Source: a virus. Taken from it: a DNA stretch of 64,000 nt. Positions 19,933 through 30,865 of this stretch are shown piece by piece. The notes beneath the pieces were generated by a model that did no database searches, was not told the DNA's origin, and worked only from the letters and a program-made list of their open reading frames with translations. Within the stretch, counting starts at the first letter, position 1. Every line of letters begins with the position of its first letter. The DNA lies in IMG/VR virus record IMGVR_UViG_3300004094_000049, one strand, 5' to 3'. A program made the translations under genes and the position numbers.

Positions 19933-20469
19933 TTATTCTTCAGAATCGTAGTCTGTGGATTCTACTAGATCGTCTTCTTGTTCTTGGCCCACATCATGGC
20001 CCTCAGAACTCTCATCTTCATCGAGAGTAGGGGAAAGTTCCTTAATTCGTTCTGATGTTAAATCTTCATTTTTTAGTGTGTTGATTTCAAATGGTAGTGA
20101 TTCTAGATCATCTGCCAATGCACGCAACGCACGAACCATGTGTTCATTTGCATGGTCAAAATCACCAGATTTAACGACTTTAATGTCGATACCGACACCG
20201 TATTTGCGTGTGCGCAGGTTTGTAGCTTCATCATTCGGGCTTCTAACGCGCAAAAAGTCTTTGTTCAGATCAATGACGCTAAACTTAACATCACCATCAA
20301 CCAAACTAGGGGTCAATACAGTTTTTGTGTCCTCTTGAAAGCTCACAACATCTTCTTTGATTGCTTCCATAGCCGACTCAAGTCCACCTTCGCTATTAGA
20401 TTGAAGAAGCCTTGTAGCCATAAGTTCCAGAAAAGCTAATTCTTTTTGTTTATCTTTTTTCAAAGCCAT
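19933..20469 (-). CDS. hypothetical protein with acidic C-terminal tail
   Basis: 178 aa; tail DEDESSEGHDVGQEQEDDLVESTDYDSEE. Confidence 0.65.
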   Translation of the reverse strand: MALKKDKQKELAFLELMATRLLQSNSEGGLESAMEAIKEDVVSFQEDTKTVLTPSLVDGDVKFSVIDLNKDFLRVRSPNDEATNLRTRKYGVGIDIKVVKSGDFDHANEHMVRALRALADDLESLPFEINTLKNEDLTSERIKELSPTLDEDESSEGHDVGQEQEDDLVESTDYDSEE

Positions 20470-20542
20470 GTTTAATACCTATTTTTATTGTTATAATATT
20501 GAACGGTTATGATAGAATAATTCCCAAAAATATACAATAAAA

Positions 20543-21187
20543 ATGAGGTCTTTGATGAAAAAACCAGAAATGATTAATCTCAGTGTAGATGATGCCTTTA
20601 ACATCTTTGATGATTTGATTGAAGGTATTGAGGAACGCCATTCAACTCCTCATGTAACTTTTTTTGGTAGCTCAAGATTGCGTGAAGATAACAAATACAT
20701 GGCTTCAGCAAAGGCTTTAGCTAAAGCGCTATCTGACTCAAAAGTAAATGTGATGACAGGTGGAGGGCCTGGCATTATGGAAGCCGCGAATAGGGGTGCG
20801 TATGAGGGCGAAGGGGTTTCGCTAGCAGCATCCATATCCTTGCCAAATGAACAAGAAGAAAACCCATACATTCACTCTAGTTCAACACACCGATTTTTTA
20901 TGACAAGAAAATGGATGATGATTGAAAATTCTAAGGCTTTTATCGCTATGCCTGGAGGCATAGGTACTGCTGATGAAGTGTTTGAGGTATTGACATTAAT
21001 GCAGACTAAAATGATCCCTCAAGTCCCTGTTATTTTATTCGGTGAAGGTTTTTGGAAGCCAGCTATCGAATGGATGAAAGTTTCAATGATTCCTTTAGGT
21101 CTCATTAATGACGAAGATTTAGAGCTTGTCTTTATCACTGACAGTGAAGAAGAAGCTTTATCTAAAATTGGTTTATTTAGCAAATAA
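20543..21187 (+). CDS. LOG-family (SLOG) nucleotide-binding protein / phosphoribohydrolase
   Basis: VTFFGSSR, MTGGGPGIMEAANRGA, PGGIGTADE. Confidence 0.9.
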   Translation: MRSLMKKPEMINLSVDDAFNIFDDLIEGIEERHSTPHVTFFGSSRLREDNKYMASAKALAKALSDSKVNVMTGGGPGIMEAANRGAYEGEGVSLAASISLPNEQEENPYIHSSSTHRFFMTRKWMMIENSKAFIAMPGGIGTADEVFEVLTLMQTKMIPQVPVILFGEGFWKPAIEWMKVSMIPLGLINDEDLELVFITDSEEEALSKIGLFSK

Positions 21188-21222
21188 TTTCACAAACCTA
21201 TAGCCACAAGCTTTGAATTGTG

Positions 21223-21269
21223 ACACCATATATAGTACAAATAAAACAAATAATAACAATATATGGTAC
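21223..21269 (+). promoter_or_regulatory. tandem NrdR boxes
   Basis: ACACCATATATAGTAC (21223-21238) and TAACAATATATGGTAC (21254-21269), 31 bp start-to-start; match acaCwAtATaTwGtgt. Confidence 0.8.
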
Positions 21270-21273
21270 AGTA

Positions 21274-23559
21274 ATGTCAAAAGTAAATGTTATAAAGCGT
21301 AGTGGCGCTAAACAGCCTTACTCTTCAAATAAGCTTTTTCAAGTTATTAACACAGCAGCCAAAGGGTTAAAAAACGTCTCTGTAGCTTCTTTGATGGAGA
21401 AGGCGGAGATTCAAGTTTATGACAACATAACAACAATAGAGCTGCATGATATTATTATTAAACTAGCGGCTGACTCCATTTCAACTGAAGCTCCTGACTA
21501 TCAATATTTAGCAGCACGTTTAGGCATTTACAGTATTCGCAAAGGTGCCTTTGGTTCTAACAAGCCGCCAAAACTCTTCGATCACGTTACTAAGTATGTC
21601 CAGTGCGGTCGTTATGATAAGCACATTTTGGAAGATTATACGAAAGCTGAGATTGACCAGATGGACTCATTTGTTGATCACAAGCGTGATATGAAGTTCT
21701 CATACGCTGCCGTGAAACAGCTTGAGGGCAAGTACCTTCTTCAAAACCGAGTTTCTAAAGAGATCTATGAATCGCCTCAGCAATTGTATATTTTGGTTGC
21801 TGCTTGTTTGCATTCATCTATCAAAGACAAATCGGAACGTATGCGTAAAATCAAACGATTTTATGATGCTACAAGCTTGCACAAAATTTCATTGCCAACT
21901 CCAATCATGTCTGGTGTGCGCACGCCAACGCGCCAATTTAGCTCATGTGTTCTAATTGAGTCTGGAGATAGCCTAGATTCAATTAACGCAACATCTAGCT
22001 CAATAGTTCGTTACGTTTCGCAGCGTGCGGGAATTGGTATCAATGCAGGTCGTATTCGTGCTCTAGGTTCTGAGATTCGTTCTGGTGAAGCATTCCATAC
22101 TGGCTGCATTCCATTTTATAAATACTTCCAAACAGCAGTAAAATGCTGTTCTCAAGGTGGCGTAAGGGGTGGGGCGGCTACAGTTTTCTACCCGTTATGG
22201 CATTTAGAGTCTGAATCACTACTTGTTCTAAAGAATAACCGTGGTGTTGAAGAAAACCGTGTTCGTCATATGGATTATGGGGTTCAGTTGAACAAAACTA
22301 TGTACCAGAGGCTAGTTGACGGTGGCGATATTACGCTTTTCAGTCCATCAGATGTACCTGGCCTCTACGATGCATTTTTTGAAGATCAAGACTTGTTTGA
22401 AGAGCTTTATGTAAAGTATGAAGCTGACTCATCGATAAGAAGGGAGACTGTCCCAGCTATTGAGCTGTTTTCAATGCTAATGCAGGAACGAGCTTCTACT
22501 GGCCGCATCTATATTCAAAATGTCGATCATTGTAATACGCATAGTCCATTTGATGAGAAAGTGGCACCTGTTAGACAATCAAACTTATGTCTTGAGATTG
22601 CATTGCCAACATCACCACTTAGCAATGTTGATGGCGATGAAGGTGAGATAGCTCTTTGTACCTTGTCTGCATTCAACCTTGGTGAAGTAGCGTCGCTGGA
22701 TGAGTTTGAAGAACTGTCTGAAATCGTTGTAGAAGCACTAGACTTGCTATTAGATTATCAAGACTACCCAATACCTGCTGCATACCGTTCAACAATGGCA
22801 AGACGCAGTCTAGGCGTTGGTGTTATCAACTTTGCATACTACTTAGCTAAGAATGGACTTAAGTATTCAGATGGTAGTGCAAATGAGCTTACGCACAAAA
22901 CTTTTGAAGCGATTCAGTTTTATCTCTTAAAAGCGTCTAATAAGCTAGCTATGGAAAAGGGTCAATGCCCAGCTTTTCATGAGACAAAGTATGCAAAGGG
23001 TATTCTTCCGATCCACACTTACAAAAAAGACGTGGACGATGTATGTAGTGAAGAGTTGCACCTAGATTGGAAAGGGCTTGGTGAAGACATTGTTAAATAT
23101 GGTCTTCGAAACTCAACTCTTACGGCACTGATGCCATCAGAAACATCTTCGCAAATCTCTAACGCCACCAATGGTATAGAGCCACCGAGAGGCTTCGTCT
23201 CGGTGAAGGCATCGAAAGATGGTGTTATGAAGCAAGTCGTTCCTGATTATACGGAGCTTAAAGACAGTTATGAGCTTCTTTGGTCGATCAAGGACAATAC
23301 TGGTTACTTGCACTTAGTAGCTATCATGCAAAAGTTTGTAGACCAAGCCATTTCTGCGAACACTAATTATGACCCGACAAATTATGAGTCTGATAAAGTG
23401 CCAATGAAAAAGCTACTTGAAGATTTGCTTAATGCCTACAAATACGGTGTTAAAACACTTTACTACCATAACACTCGTGACGGTGCTAAAGATGAACAAG
23501 TTGAAACCGTAATCCCAGAAGCTGGTGATAATGATTGTGGTGATGGTTGTAAAATCTAG
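21274..23559 (+). CDS. nrdA: class Ia ribonucleotide reductase alpha subunit
   Basis: ATP cone, FSSCVLI, QSNLCLEI, C-terminal CxxxC; 761 aa from ATG 21274; no intein or intron. Confidence 0.97.
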   Translation: MSKVNVIKRSGAKQPYSSNKLFQVINTAAKGLKNVSVASLMEKAEIQVYDNITTIELHDIIIKLAADSISTEAPDYQYLAARLGIYSIRKGAFGSNKPPKLFDHVTKYVQCGRYDKHILEDYTKAEIDQMDSFVDHKRDMKFSYAAVKQLEGKYLLQNRVSKEIYESPQQLYILVAACLHSSIKDKSERMRKIKRFYDATSLHKISLPTPIMSGVRTPTRQFSSCVLIESGDSLDSINATSSSIVRYVSQRAGIGINAGRIRALGSEIRSGEAFHTGCIPFYKYFQTAVKCCSQGGVRGGAATVFYPLWHLESESLLVLKNNRGVEENRVRHMDYGVQLNKTMYQRLVDGGDITLFSPSDVPGLYDAFFEDQDLFEELYVKYEADSSIRRETVPAIELFSMLMQERASTGRIYIQNVDHCNTHSPFDEKVAPVRQSNLCLEIALPTSPLSNVDGDEGEIALCTLSAFNLGEVASLDEFEELSEIVVEALDLLLDYQDYPIPAAYRSTMARRSLGVGVINFAYYLAKNGLKYSDGSANELTHKTFEAIQFYLLKASNKLAMEKGQCPAFHETKYAKGILPIHTYKKDVDDVCSEELHLDWKGLGEDIVKYGLRNSTLTALMPSETSSQISNATNGIEPPRGFVSVKASKDGVMKQVVPDYTELKDSYELLWSIKDNTGYLHLVAIMQKFVDQAISANTNYDPTNYESDKVPMKKLLEDLLNAYKYGVKTLYYHNTRDGAKDEQVETVIPEAGDNDCGDGCKI

Positions 23560-23586
23560 CGCTGGTAATTAGAAAAAGTCTCATAT

Positions 23587-23606
23587 GGCTGGGGAGTTCC
23601 CCAGCC
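23587..23606. other. GC-rich hairpin between nrdA and nrdB
   Basis: GGCTGGGGA-GT-TCCCCAGCC. Confidence 0.55.
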
Positions 23607-23628
23607 CAACAAAATAAGAATAAAAATA

Positions 23629-24771
23629 ATGAAATATTCAACTTTTAATAGAAAAAATAATAATCAGCTTCTTGAACCTATGTTCTTTGGCGAGAACGTC
23701 AACGTTGCACGATATGATGAAAATCGTCATGAAATCATTGATGCTTTAGCTGAAAAACAACATTCGTTTTTCTGGGTTCCTAGTGAGGTTGATTTGAGTA
23801 AAGACAGAATCGACTTTAAGCATATGAGCAACGATGAAGAACATGTTTTTGTTAACAATCTTCGATATCAAATCCTTCTTGACTCAATTCAAGGCAGAGC
23901 ACCAAACACTGCATTTCTTCCTATTTGTTCAACAAGTGAAGTTGAAGCGTGGATTTTGGCTTGGAGCTTTAGCGAATCGATTCACAGTCGAAGTTACACC
24001 CATATACTTAGGAACGTCTTTACTGATCCGTCTTCAGTTTTTGATGGCGTTGTTGATGATGAAGAAATTCTTAAGCGTGCTGCTGATATTTCAAAATACT
24101 ACGATGATCTCATCGAAATGAGCATGTACTACCAGCTACATGGTGAAGGCTCAGTAGAAATTAATGGTAAAGAAGTAAAGATTACCTTAAAAGAACTGAA
24201 GAAGAAGCTCTACCTTTGCCTAATGTCCGTTAATGCACTTGAAGCAATCCGTTTCTATGTAAGCTTCGCATCAACCTGGGCCTTCAGTCAGTCTCACTCA
24301 AATCCGAGACTTGAAGGCTCATCAAAAATCATGAAGTTGATCTCCAGAGATGAAGCATTGCATCTTACGGGCACACAACACATGTTGAACTTGTTACGTA
24401 ATGGCATGGATGACTTTGAGTTCATCATGATCGCTGAAGAATGCAAAGATGAATGCATTGAGATATTTAGGGCCGTCGCAGAACAGGAAAAGTCCTGGGC
24501 CAAATATCTTTACGGTGATAAGACAATCGTAAATCTCAACTACAAGATTCTATGTAAGTACATCGACTTCATGACAAATATTCGAATGAAGGCCGTAGGT
24601 TTGCCATCAATTTTTCCAGATGCAAACGAGAACCCAATCAGTTGGATTGATTCATGGTTGAATTCTGACAATGTACAGGAGGCCAGCCAAGAAGTAGAAC
24701 GTTCATCATACCTCGTCGGCGGAATTGACTCAGAATGCGATAGAAGAGCCTTTAAAGGGTTTAAGCTGTGA
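23629..24771 (+). CDS. nrdB: class Ia ribonucleotide reductase beta subunit
   Basis: [44 protein letters not shown]. Confidence 0.97.
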   Translation: MKYSTFNRKNNNQLLEPMFFGENVNVARYDENRHEIIDALAEKQHSFFWVPSEVDLSKDRIDFKHMSNDEEHVFVNNLRYQILLDSIQGRAPNTAFLPICSTSEVEAWILAWSFSESIHSRSYTHILRNVFTDPSSVFDGVVDDEEILKRAADISKYYDDLIEMSMYYQLHGEGSVEINGKEVKITLKELKKKLYLCLMSVNALEAIRFYVSFASTWAFSQSHSNPRLEGSSKIMKLISRDEALHLTGTQHMLNLLRNGMDDFEFIMIAEECKDECIEIFRAVAEQEKSWAKYLYGDKTIVNLNYKILCKYIDFMTNIRMKAVGLPSIFPDANENPISWIDSWLNSDNVQEASQEVERSSYLVGGIDSECDRRAFKGFKL

Positions 24772-25022
24772 CGCAGATAAAAGTATATGCTGGTGTGGAC
24801 GAAGTCTCTGTGGCTCATAGAGGGGCCACAATACTGGAATCTTTGGAGATTGCAGGACTTAAGCCATTGAGTCAGTGTAAAGACGGGTTTTGTGGCGCAT
24901 GCAGAATAAGCTTAATTTCGGGTGATGTTCAATACATAAGTAAGCCTGTAGGTTATGTCAGTCAAAATGAAATCTTACCTTGTTGCTGCAAGCCAGTTGG
25001 AGCGATTGAGGTTAGCTTGTAG
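24768..25022 (+). CDS. yfaE: 2Fe-2S ferredoxin (YfaE-like)
   Basis: CKDGFCGAC...CCC; overlaps nrdB stop as in the enterobacterial operon. Confidence 0.88.
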   Translation: MTQIKVYAGVDEVSVAHRGATILESLEIAGLKPLSQCKDGFCGACRISLISGDVQYISKPVGYVSQNEILPCCCKPVGAIEVSL

Positions 25023-25347
25023 AGCTTTCGAGAGAGTAATTTTAGAAACATGAAGAAAAATAAAGCCAGAAGATGTACGTAAGTAATCTCTGGCTTTATT
25101 GATCTGATTGTTTCTAAGTATATATACCGTACTAAATGCGTATAATTCGTTTTATGGTAAATAGATTATGTTTAATATCAATGACTTAAATCGCTTTCTG
25201 ACAAGATAGTAGGGCGTGAGCATGCACAAGCATACCAATCTCATAGCCGATAACCCCATTTATCGGCTTATATATAACGATTGATAAAATCCGATACTTT
25301 CTTGGTTGATTTAATCAAAGGTCTACTTTGACTAATGCACTTAAACA

Positions 25348-25569
25348 CTATCTAGTGCTTACTACTGTCTGGGCTTTCAATGACTGTATTTTATTATAAA
25401 TTACTTCTCCTTCCTTCGTCAGACTTATCCAGCGTGGCTGTTTCTTAAAGTCATTTTCTGCACCAGTCACCTTAGTTTTGCATGAGTTGCATCTGTAACT
25501 TCGAAAAACGGAAGTTCTCTGTTTTTGTTCGTGTTTTTGATTGTCCATGGGCGCTCTAATTAAATGCAT
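25348..25569 (-). CDS. small hypothetical protein with a CxxC pair
   Basis: 73 aa, CNSC, coupled to upstream gene. Confidence 0.45.
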   Translation of the reverse strand: MHLIRAPMDNQKHEQKQRTSVFRSYRCNSCKTKVTGAENDFKKQPRWISLTKEGEVIYNKIQSLKAQTVVSTR

Positions 25570-26495
25570 AGTTCACTTGATGCTTTTTGCTTTGGCTCAA
25601 AAACTCTTGCATATGATCTTTCGACAAAAGATTCCATTTTTGGGTATAGAGATGACTTCAAAAGCCTGATCATGTTTCGCTGAGTGTCGCGGTCAAACTT
25701 GCCAAGAAGATCCAGTGTCTTTGTTTTTAGCTCATCTGCTCTTTCTTGGTTTTGATTGCACTCTTCAATTTCAGCTAAAACATCACTTGTATCTTGTAGA
25801 AGTGTCATGTCAAATCTTGGGTGACTATGTTTGATATGTCGAGAGAAAATACTCACGAATGAGGGTTCTACAGCCACTTTGGCAACAATAAAAGAATGTG
25901 CATTAGGGTTAGACTTTAAAAGCTTCCCTTCTATATCTTCATGCTCCATGTCAAACGAATGATGCCAACGGTCAACCTCTTTCCAGTTACGGATATATTT
26001 CTTATCTCCCAAAGCGGCAACATGTGCTGCTAGGGCCATACTTAGAATGTCGTTATTCTCCTGGGTTAAGTCAGTATGATGCTTTGCTGAATATGACACT
26101 CCGCTGTTATACATCTTACGCTTTACGCGCTGCATTCGAACATGAGAAAGCTCCCCTTCAAATGGATTAGTGTCTTCATCTAAATAGTTCCTGTTTTCCT
26201 TAATCTCAACTAAACAAGAATGATCTATAGTGTCGCAATGCAGATGGTAGTCAGAAATACTATCTAGTGAGTAGAAGATGCCCTCACCTTCATTTATGTA
26301 GCTCCAACACTCAAAACGACCTCTAGCTGTAAAGTCATAAATCTCCCCTGCTACTTCAATCGACATGTGTTCATCAAAGACCTTGTTTGTAGTTATCGCA
26401 GTTTCAAAATCAATATCGACATTTGTATGGCCGATAATCATAGGAAACTCCAGCATTCCGTTCTTCAAAAAATCTATCTCTGTGGGTGCTTTCAT
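25560..26495 (-). CDS. hypothetical protein
   Basis: 311-aa ORF with GAGG RBS. Confidence 0.65.
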   Translation of the reverse strand: MKAPTEIDFLKNGMLEFPMIIGHTNVDIDFETAITTNKVFDEHMSIEVAGEIYDFTARGRFECWSYINEGEGIFYSLDSISDYHLHCDTIDHSCLVEIKENRNYLDEDTNPFEGELSHVRMQRVKRKMYNSGVSYSAKHHTDLTQENNDILSMALAAHVAALGDKKYIRNWKEVDRWHHSFDMEHEDIEGKLLKSNPNAHSFIVAKVAVEPSFVSIFSRHIKHSHPRFDMTLLQDTSDVLAEIEECNQNQERADELKTKTLDLLGKFDRDTQRNMIRLLKSSLYPKMESFVERSYARVFEPKQKASSELCI

Positions 26496-26550
26496 AAATA
26501 CCTCTTATTATTATAAATTATATTACTTTTTTTATATGGGGAGAATTTGA

Positions 26551-27219
26551 CTACATCCCAGCGCTCATACCTAATTCTTTATTTAGGCAAAAATCAACAC
26601 TCATCATCGCGTCTCGCAAGAATAGGAAATCACAATGATCTATGACTTCAGATAAGTCCATATCAGTATTGCCCGACAATGCCTCAAGCTGTTCTGCACA
26701 ATCATCATGAAGCTCACCAATTAAGCCAGTAAATGCTTCCTGCCATTGATCATCAAGGTCATCTGGATCAAATGAATCCTCAATTACATCTGATTGAATT
26801 CCATAGCGAAGTAAAATGTCGTCAAGAGAATCAAAAATCCCATAAGCATCACTGAAATAGGTGTTCCCTTCGAATTCTAGCTTAACAAGCCAGTGAATAG
26901 GCATTTTATCAACTGATAAAACCAAGCCATTTGCAACTACATCAGTGTCTTTACTGAAGAGCTTCAACATCCCCTCCATTAATGCATAACACCTGCTATG
27001 CGCGTATAGCTCTTTAAATGATACATCTAGCGTATTCTCAAGCGTAACTGGCCCATGTCTTAGTTGTTCTTTGAGGGTTCCTAAAGCAGATTTGGACTTC
27101 TTATCCAAGACTAAGGTTGCCTTATCAAGATTTGGAATATTCTTGATTGAAGATATACGGGATCGCAACGTCTGGTCTACGTCTGTTTCTAGGGTGTGGA
27201 GGTTGTTTTCAATCAGCAT
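26551..27219 (-). CDS. hypothetical acidic protein
   Basis: 222-aa ORF. Confidence 0.65.
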   Translation of the reverse strand: MLIENNLHTLETDVDQTLRSRISSIKNIPNLDKATLVLDKKSKSALGTLKEQLRHGPVTLENTLDVSFKELYAHSRCYALMEGMLKLFSKDTDVVANGLVLSVDKMPIHWLVKLEFEGNTYFSDAYGIFDSLDDILLRYGIQSDVIEDSFDPDDLDDQWQEAFTGLIGELHDDCAEQLEALSGNTDMDLSEVIDHCDFLFLRDAMMSVDFCLNKELGMSAGM

Positions 27220-27478
27220 GTGAGGCTCTTTATTATTTTAGATATTATATCACAATATCTTTTACACCTACCCTACTCTCTTGAATCAATCTTAGAATTG
27301 ATTGAATGCTGGAACAGTTGCAAACCGAAAGTTCAACAAAGCCAAAGGCACCCCCATTGTATTATTCTCAAAATGCGGAACGCCATTTTTGAGGGGTTCA
27401 AATCGATTAAGCATGTTGATATCTATTCAAATTTTCAGAGTCAGGTATAATAGAATTAATATATATTGGACTTAGATA

Positions 27479-28576
27479 ATGTTAAAAGCTTACATCCTTA
27501 GTGATGGCTCTTACGATTCAAATTTGCGTATTGGAACATGTGCCTATTCTGTAGTTTTTGATGGTGAAACACATCGTGATGTACAGCGAATCGCCAACAT
27601 ATCTTCATCAACTGAAGCTGAAATGTTTGGTGTATACTGTGCGACAAGGTTTTTACGACAAACGATGGCCGACAAAGGCTTGAATGCCAAGCTTGATGAA
27701 GTCTTCTTGTTTTGTGATAGCGAAGAAACATTTAGGTTACTGAGAGGTGAGCAGAAGTCTTTGTTTTCTAGCTTTCATCATCAACAGTGGAAAGATCGAA
27801 TACATGGTAACTTAATCAATATGACGAATAGTATTTTCGCTCATAAAGTTAAGTCCCATGTTTCGAACAGTAAAGCGAGCAACCTTGAGAAAAAGCACAA
27901 TGAAATAGATGTGCTTGCTAGGTCTGAACTTCAGGCTTTTAGGGCTGATGTGCTTCGACTAGATAATGAGGACAGTAAAATTTGCGGTGTTGCCATAAAT
28001 GGAAACTCGAAAAAGTCTGCTGATAAAGCTAATTATCAAATCGGTTATCAACTGGCCCATTCAGGCTACAAAATACGGTTATATATGGGTCAAGTGAAAG
28101 AGATGACAGAACATCCATTTCTAAGAGGTGTTGAAGACTTATGTGAGAAGAAAGGCTTGAATGTTGATGACATCATTACATGGCAAAAAGAGAATCCATA
28201 TGAGCCTTGTAATTTCCTGTCTGGTTGTGATGGATTGGACGCCAGTTTAGTTCAAGCCGCACTTGGCATAAAGAAGACTGGTCACTTTAATAATTACGAG
28301 AATAAGTTCTTAAGATCAGCTTCTTTATCACGGTTAATCTTTGGTCATCAGCGTGAGTACCCCTCAAAGACGAAACCAGAAAACATCAAATATGTTCGGG
28401 ATGAGAGGGGTTCGGAGTTCGTTCTAAACCTGAGTTGCGACCCACTAAATCAAAGGGTTCTAGGGGGAATTGCTAGGTTAGTAGATATCGATATCTATAA
28501 TGAAGCCTCGGCCCTTAAATTAAGGCTAAATCAATCAAGATACATCGCTGAAGACTCAACACTTTCACCAAGCTAA
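27479..28576 (+). CDS. RNase H1-like domain fused to a probable SLOG-like C-terminal domain
   Basis: LSDGSY, STEAEM, FCDSE, HKVKSH, HNEIDVLAR (RNase H acidic residues); C-term VAINGN...QIGYQLAHSGYKI. Confidence 0.7.
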   Translation: MLKAYILSDGSYDSNLRIGTCAYSVVFDGETHRDVQRIANISSSTEAEMFGVYCATRFLRQTMADKGLNAKLDEVFLFCDSEETFRLLRGEQKSLFSSFHHQQWKDRIHGNLINMTNSIFAHKVKSHVSNSKASNLEKKHNEIDVLARSELQAFRADVLRLDNEDSKICGVAINGNSKKSADKANYQIGYQLAHSGYKIRLYMGQVKEMTEHPFLRGVEDLCEKKGLNVDDIITWQKENPYEPCNFLSGCDGLDASLVQAALGIKKTGHFNNYENKFLRSASLSRLIFGHQREYPSKTKPENIKYVRDERGSEFVLNLSCDPLNQRVLGGIARLVDIDIYNEASALKLRLNQSRYIAEDSTLSPS

Positions 28577-28584
28577 ACACTCAC

Positions 28585-28614
28585 AAAAAATGCTCCCTAA
28601 GGAGCATTTTTTTT
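28585..28614. terminator. bidirectional intrinsic terminator
   Basis: AAAAAATGCTCC-CTAA-GGAGCATTTTTTTT. Confidence 0.8.
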
Positions 28615-29755
28615 AGAATTGGATTTCGTTGCCAATATCTCTTTCTGGTATTTTACTAAATTTAGCATTCTCTAGTTCCGTAAATGCTCTTTTAGTACTA
28701 AAGGAACTACCCGTAGCTTCATAAGCTTTACCAAGCTCCATATAGACCGTGGTAAAGTCTGGAAGTCTTACAGTTAGACCACTTTCATCAATGGAGTTCA
28801 TGGATTCTAGGAAGTCCTTATCGATGAGAATAACCTCACCTTGACTTACTTCTTTGCCCTTAAGGATTTTAGCTTGGAAACCCGTGACTTTTTCATATGG
28901 CAATGGATTGCTCTTATCAAATAGAAAACCATCTTCTTTGGTCTCTAGCCATAGCTTTTCATCGTAGTCATAACACGAGCCTTCATCATCTCTGATTCTT
29001 TCAGGATAATGAGCATTAAGGATGTTGAAGTAAGTTTCCTTATCAGCGGAGATTACTGCTGGGTGATAATAAGTCGTGGAGCCTGGAGTGTCTTCATTGC
29101 CATCGTAGTACTTAGTTCTAATGGTCGCAACGACACCCTTTTCATTAGACGTGCTTGTTTTCCTTATTGAATCGATAGACTGGTGTCTTTTATTTGTGTC
29201 TTGAATAAGGAGTGTTTCAGTATCAAGTAAGAAGCAATTAATGCCCTCTTTCTTCTTAAGACCAAAACCCAAATCTAGACTCGAAAAAGCTTCCATCATC
29301 TGCTCTTTCTTGGCCCTGTTTACTTCGAAAACACGATCATTCTGCTTCATTGGCTCAAAGAAAGCATTATCTTTTGTAGTTTCAATAAAGAAGCGACCTG
29401 AATCAGTATCGATGAAATAATTACCATCGTTACCGTTCCTTTGATTTGTCATTTGCATGATGTAGAGGTTGGTGTATCCCAAGCCACAACCATTTGCGAT
29501 TGCCTTTTTAGTGTTGACCTCAATGGAGTCTTCACTTTCCTTGGCAAGACCTACCATCTGATAGTGCTCAATTTGCTGAACAGTGTAATCATCAGCAGGA
29601 TAGTAAACGCATATGCCGTCTGAAGATGTCATGCTTGTAGAGCTAACGCCTACATATCGGCCTAACTCTTTTTCCTTGAACTCTTCTACAGTGTCATACT
29701 CTCGTTCAAAATTACCATCAATGGCTTGTATATTGAATTTCAGTTTTCTAGTCAC
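28613..29755 (-). CDS. hypothetical protein
   Basis: 380-aa ORF. Confidence 0.65.
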   Translation of the reverse strand: MTRKLKFNIQAIDGNFEREYDTVEEFKEKELGRYVGVSSTSMTSSDGICVYYPADDYTVQQIEHYQMVGLAKESEDSIEVNTKKAIANGCGLGYTNLYIMQMTNQRNGNDGNYFIDTDSGRFFIETTKDNAFFEPMKQNDRVFEVNRAKKEQMMEAFSSLDLGFGLKKKEGINCFLLDTETLLIQDTNKRHQSIDSIRKTSTSNEKGVVATIRTKYYDGNEDTPGSTTYYHPAVISADKETYFNILNAHYPERIRDDEGSCYDYDEKLWLETKEDGFLFDKSNPLPYEKVTGFQAKILKGKEVSQGEVILIDKDFLESMNSIDESGLTVRLPDFTTVYMELGKAYEATGSSFSTKRAFTELENAKFSKIPERDIGNEIQF

Positions 29756-29959
29756 TTAAGGTGCCTCTTCATTTTCCTTTTCTTTATTTTACCAAAGTAT
29801 CGGATTATCGACCATTACATTCTTTAGAATATATTTAAGCTGTCATAATCTCATTATCGATTGATTTCATTACTTGAGCACTTGATTTCAAGATATGCTA
29901 TTGGCTTTAAGCCTATAAAATGTCATCATATCTCCAAATAATAACAAGGTTCTACACGA

Positions 29960-30670
29960 ATGAAAAAGAACGAAGCAAACTCAATTGAAATGCCTACAAT
30001 AGACAAGCGAGAATTAAGAAGTAAACTGTTTTTCTCACCACTCAATCGAATTCAGGATGATGGCAGAATCAATGCTGGAGTAGATGAGAATGGGTTGTTA
30101 TTGGCCCACAGCATTCACCCAGATTTTGATGGTTTTAGAACGCAGATTGAGGATGGAATTTGGCCTCTCGTTAGCGCTCTCAAAGAAAAAGAGTATCCTA
30201 CAATTGATAGCTGCGAAGGCCATCCACTTAGAGCAAGAGTTAAGATAGGCTTTGGAACTAAACTATGTCGAGATAAATTTATGAATTCTCTTCAGAGCCT
30301 TGATTCAAAGTATATCGATCTTGTCCCGCACAATCACTGTGTCAATATGGAATCTAATGTGGACTTTGAATCTGGCAAGATCTCAACAAAAAGAATGCAA
30401 TCCACTGATAACATCGAACTTAATAAATTGAACACGGATAGTTTCAATTTTCAGTTTGATAAAAACTTCCCACAATGGTTTTTTCTTGATCTCTATATTC
30501 TTCCTGAAGAAGTGGGTCTAAGTCATGTCGAAATAATGGAAACTAAATCTAAAATCATTAGCAAGATCTCAAAGCACATTTGTTCTCAAGAATTCCCAGC
30601 ATTCAACATCTCTCTTAGGAAAAGCAAGAGGGAAATGTCAAAAAACCGTACTCCTTTCAAAAATAATTAA
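29960..30670 (+). CDS. hypothetical protein with TIDSCEGH motif
   Basis: IEDGIWPLVSALKEKEYPTIDSCEGH; motif loosely resembles Tyw3-like folds, function unknown. Confidence 0.55.
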   Translation: MKKNEANSIEMPTIDKRELRSKLFFSPLNRIQDDGRINAGVDENGLLLAHSIHPDFDGFRTQIEDGIWPLVSALKEKEYPTIDSCEGHPLRARVKIGFGTKLCRDKFMNSLQSLDSKYIDLVPHNHCVNMESNVDFESGKISTKRMQSTDNIELNKLNTDSFNFQFDKNFPQWFFLDLYILPEEVGLSHVEIMETKSKIISKISKHICSQEFPAFNISLRKSKREMSKNRTPFKNN

Positions 30671-30865
30671 ATCCACAACATATTATATATGATAAAACTA
30701 AACAATCAGGTAGAACCTGGCCTGATTGTTATTTTTTTATTAACCTGTAACCTACTGATTTTATTGTAATATGTATGTACTTTTAATCAGTTTATCAATG
30801 AGCTGTCAGCCAAATGACACAACTTCCACTTGATAATGTTTTTAGCATGTCTATAATTTGACGTC

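Noticed and set aside
21274-24771. Intein, intron or homing endonuclease in nrdA/nrdB
   Set aside because: Both are uninterrupted and of standard length
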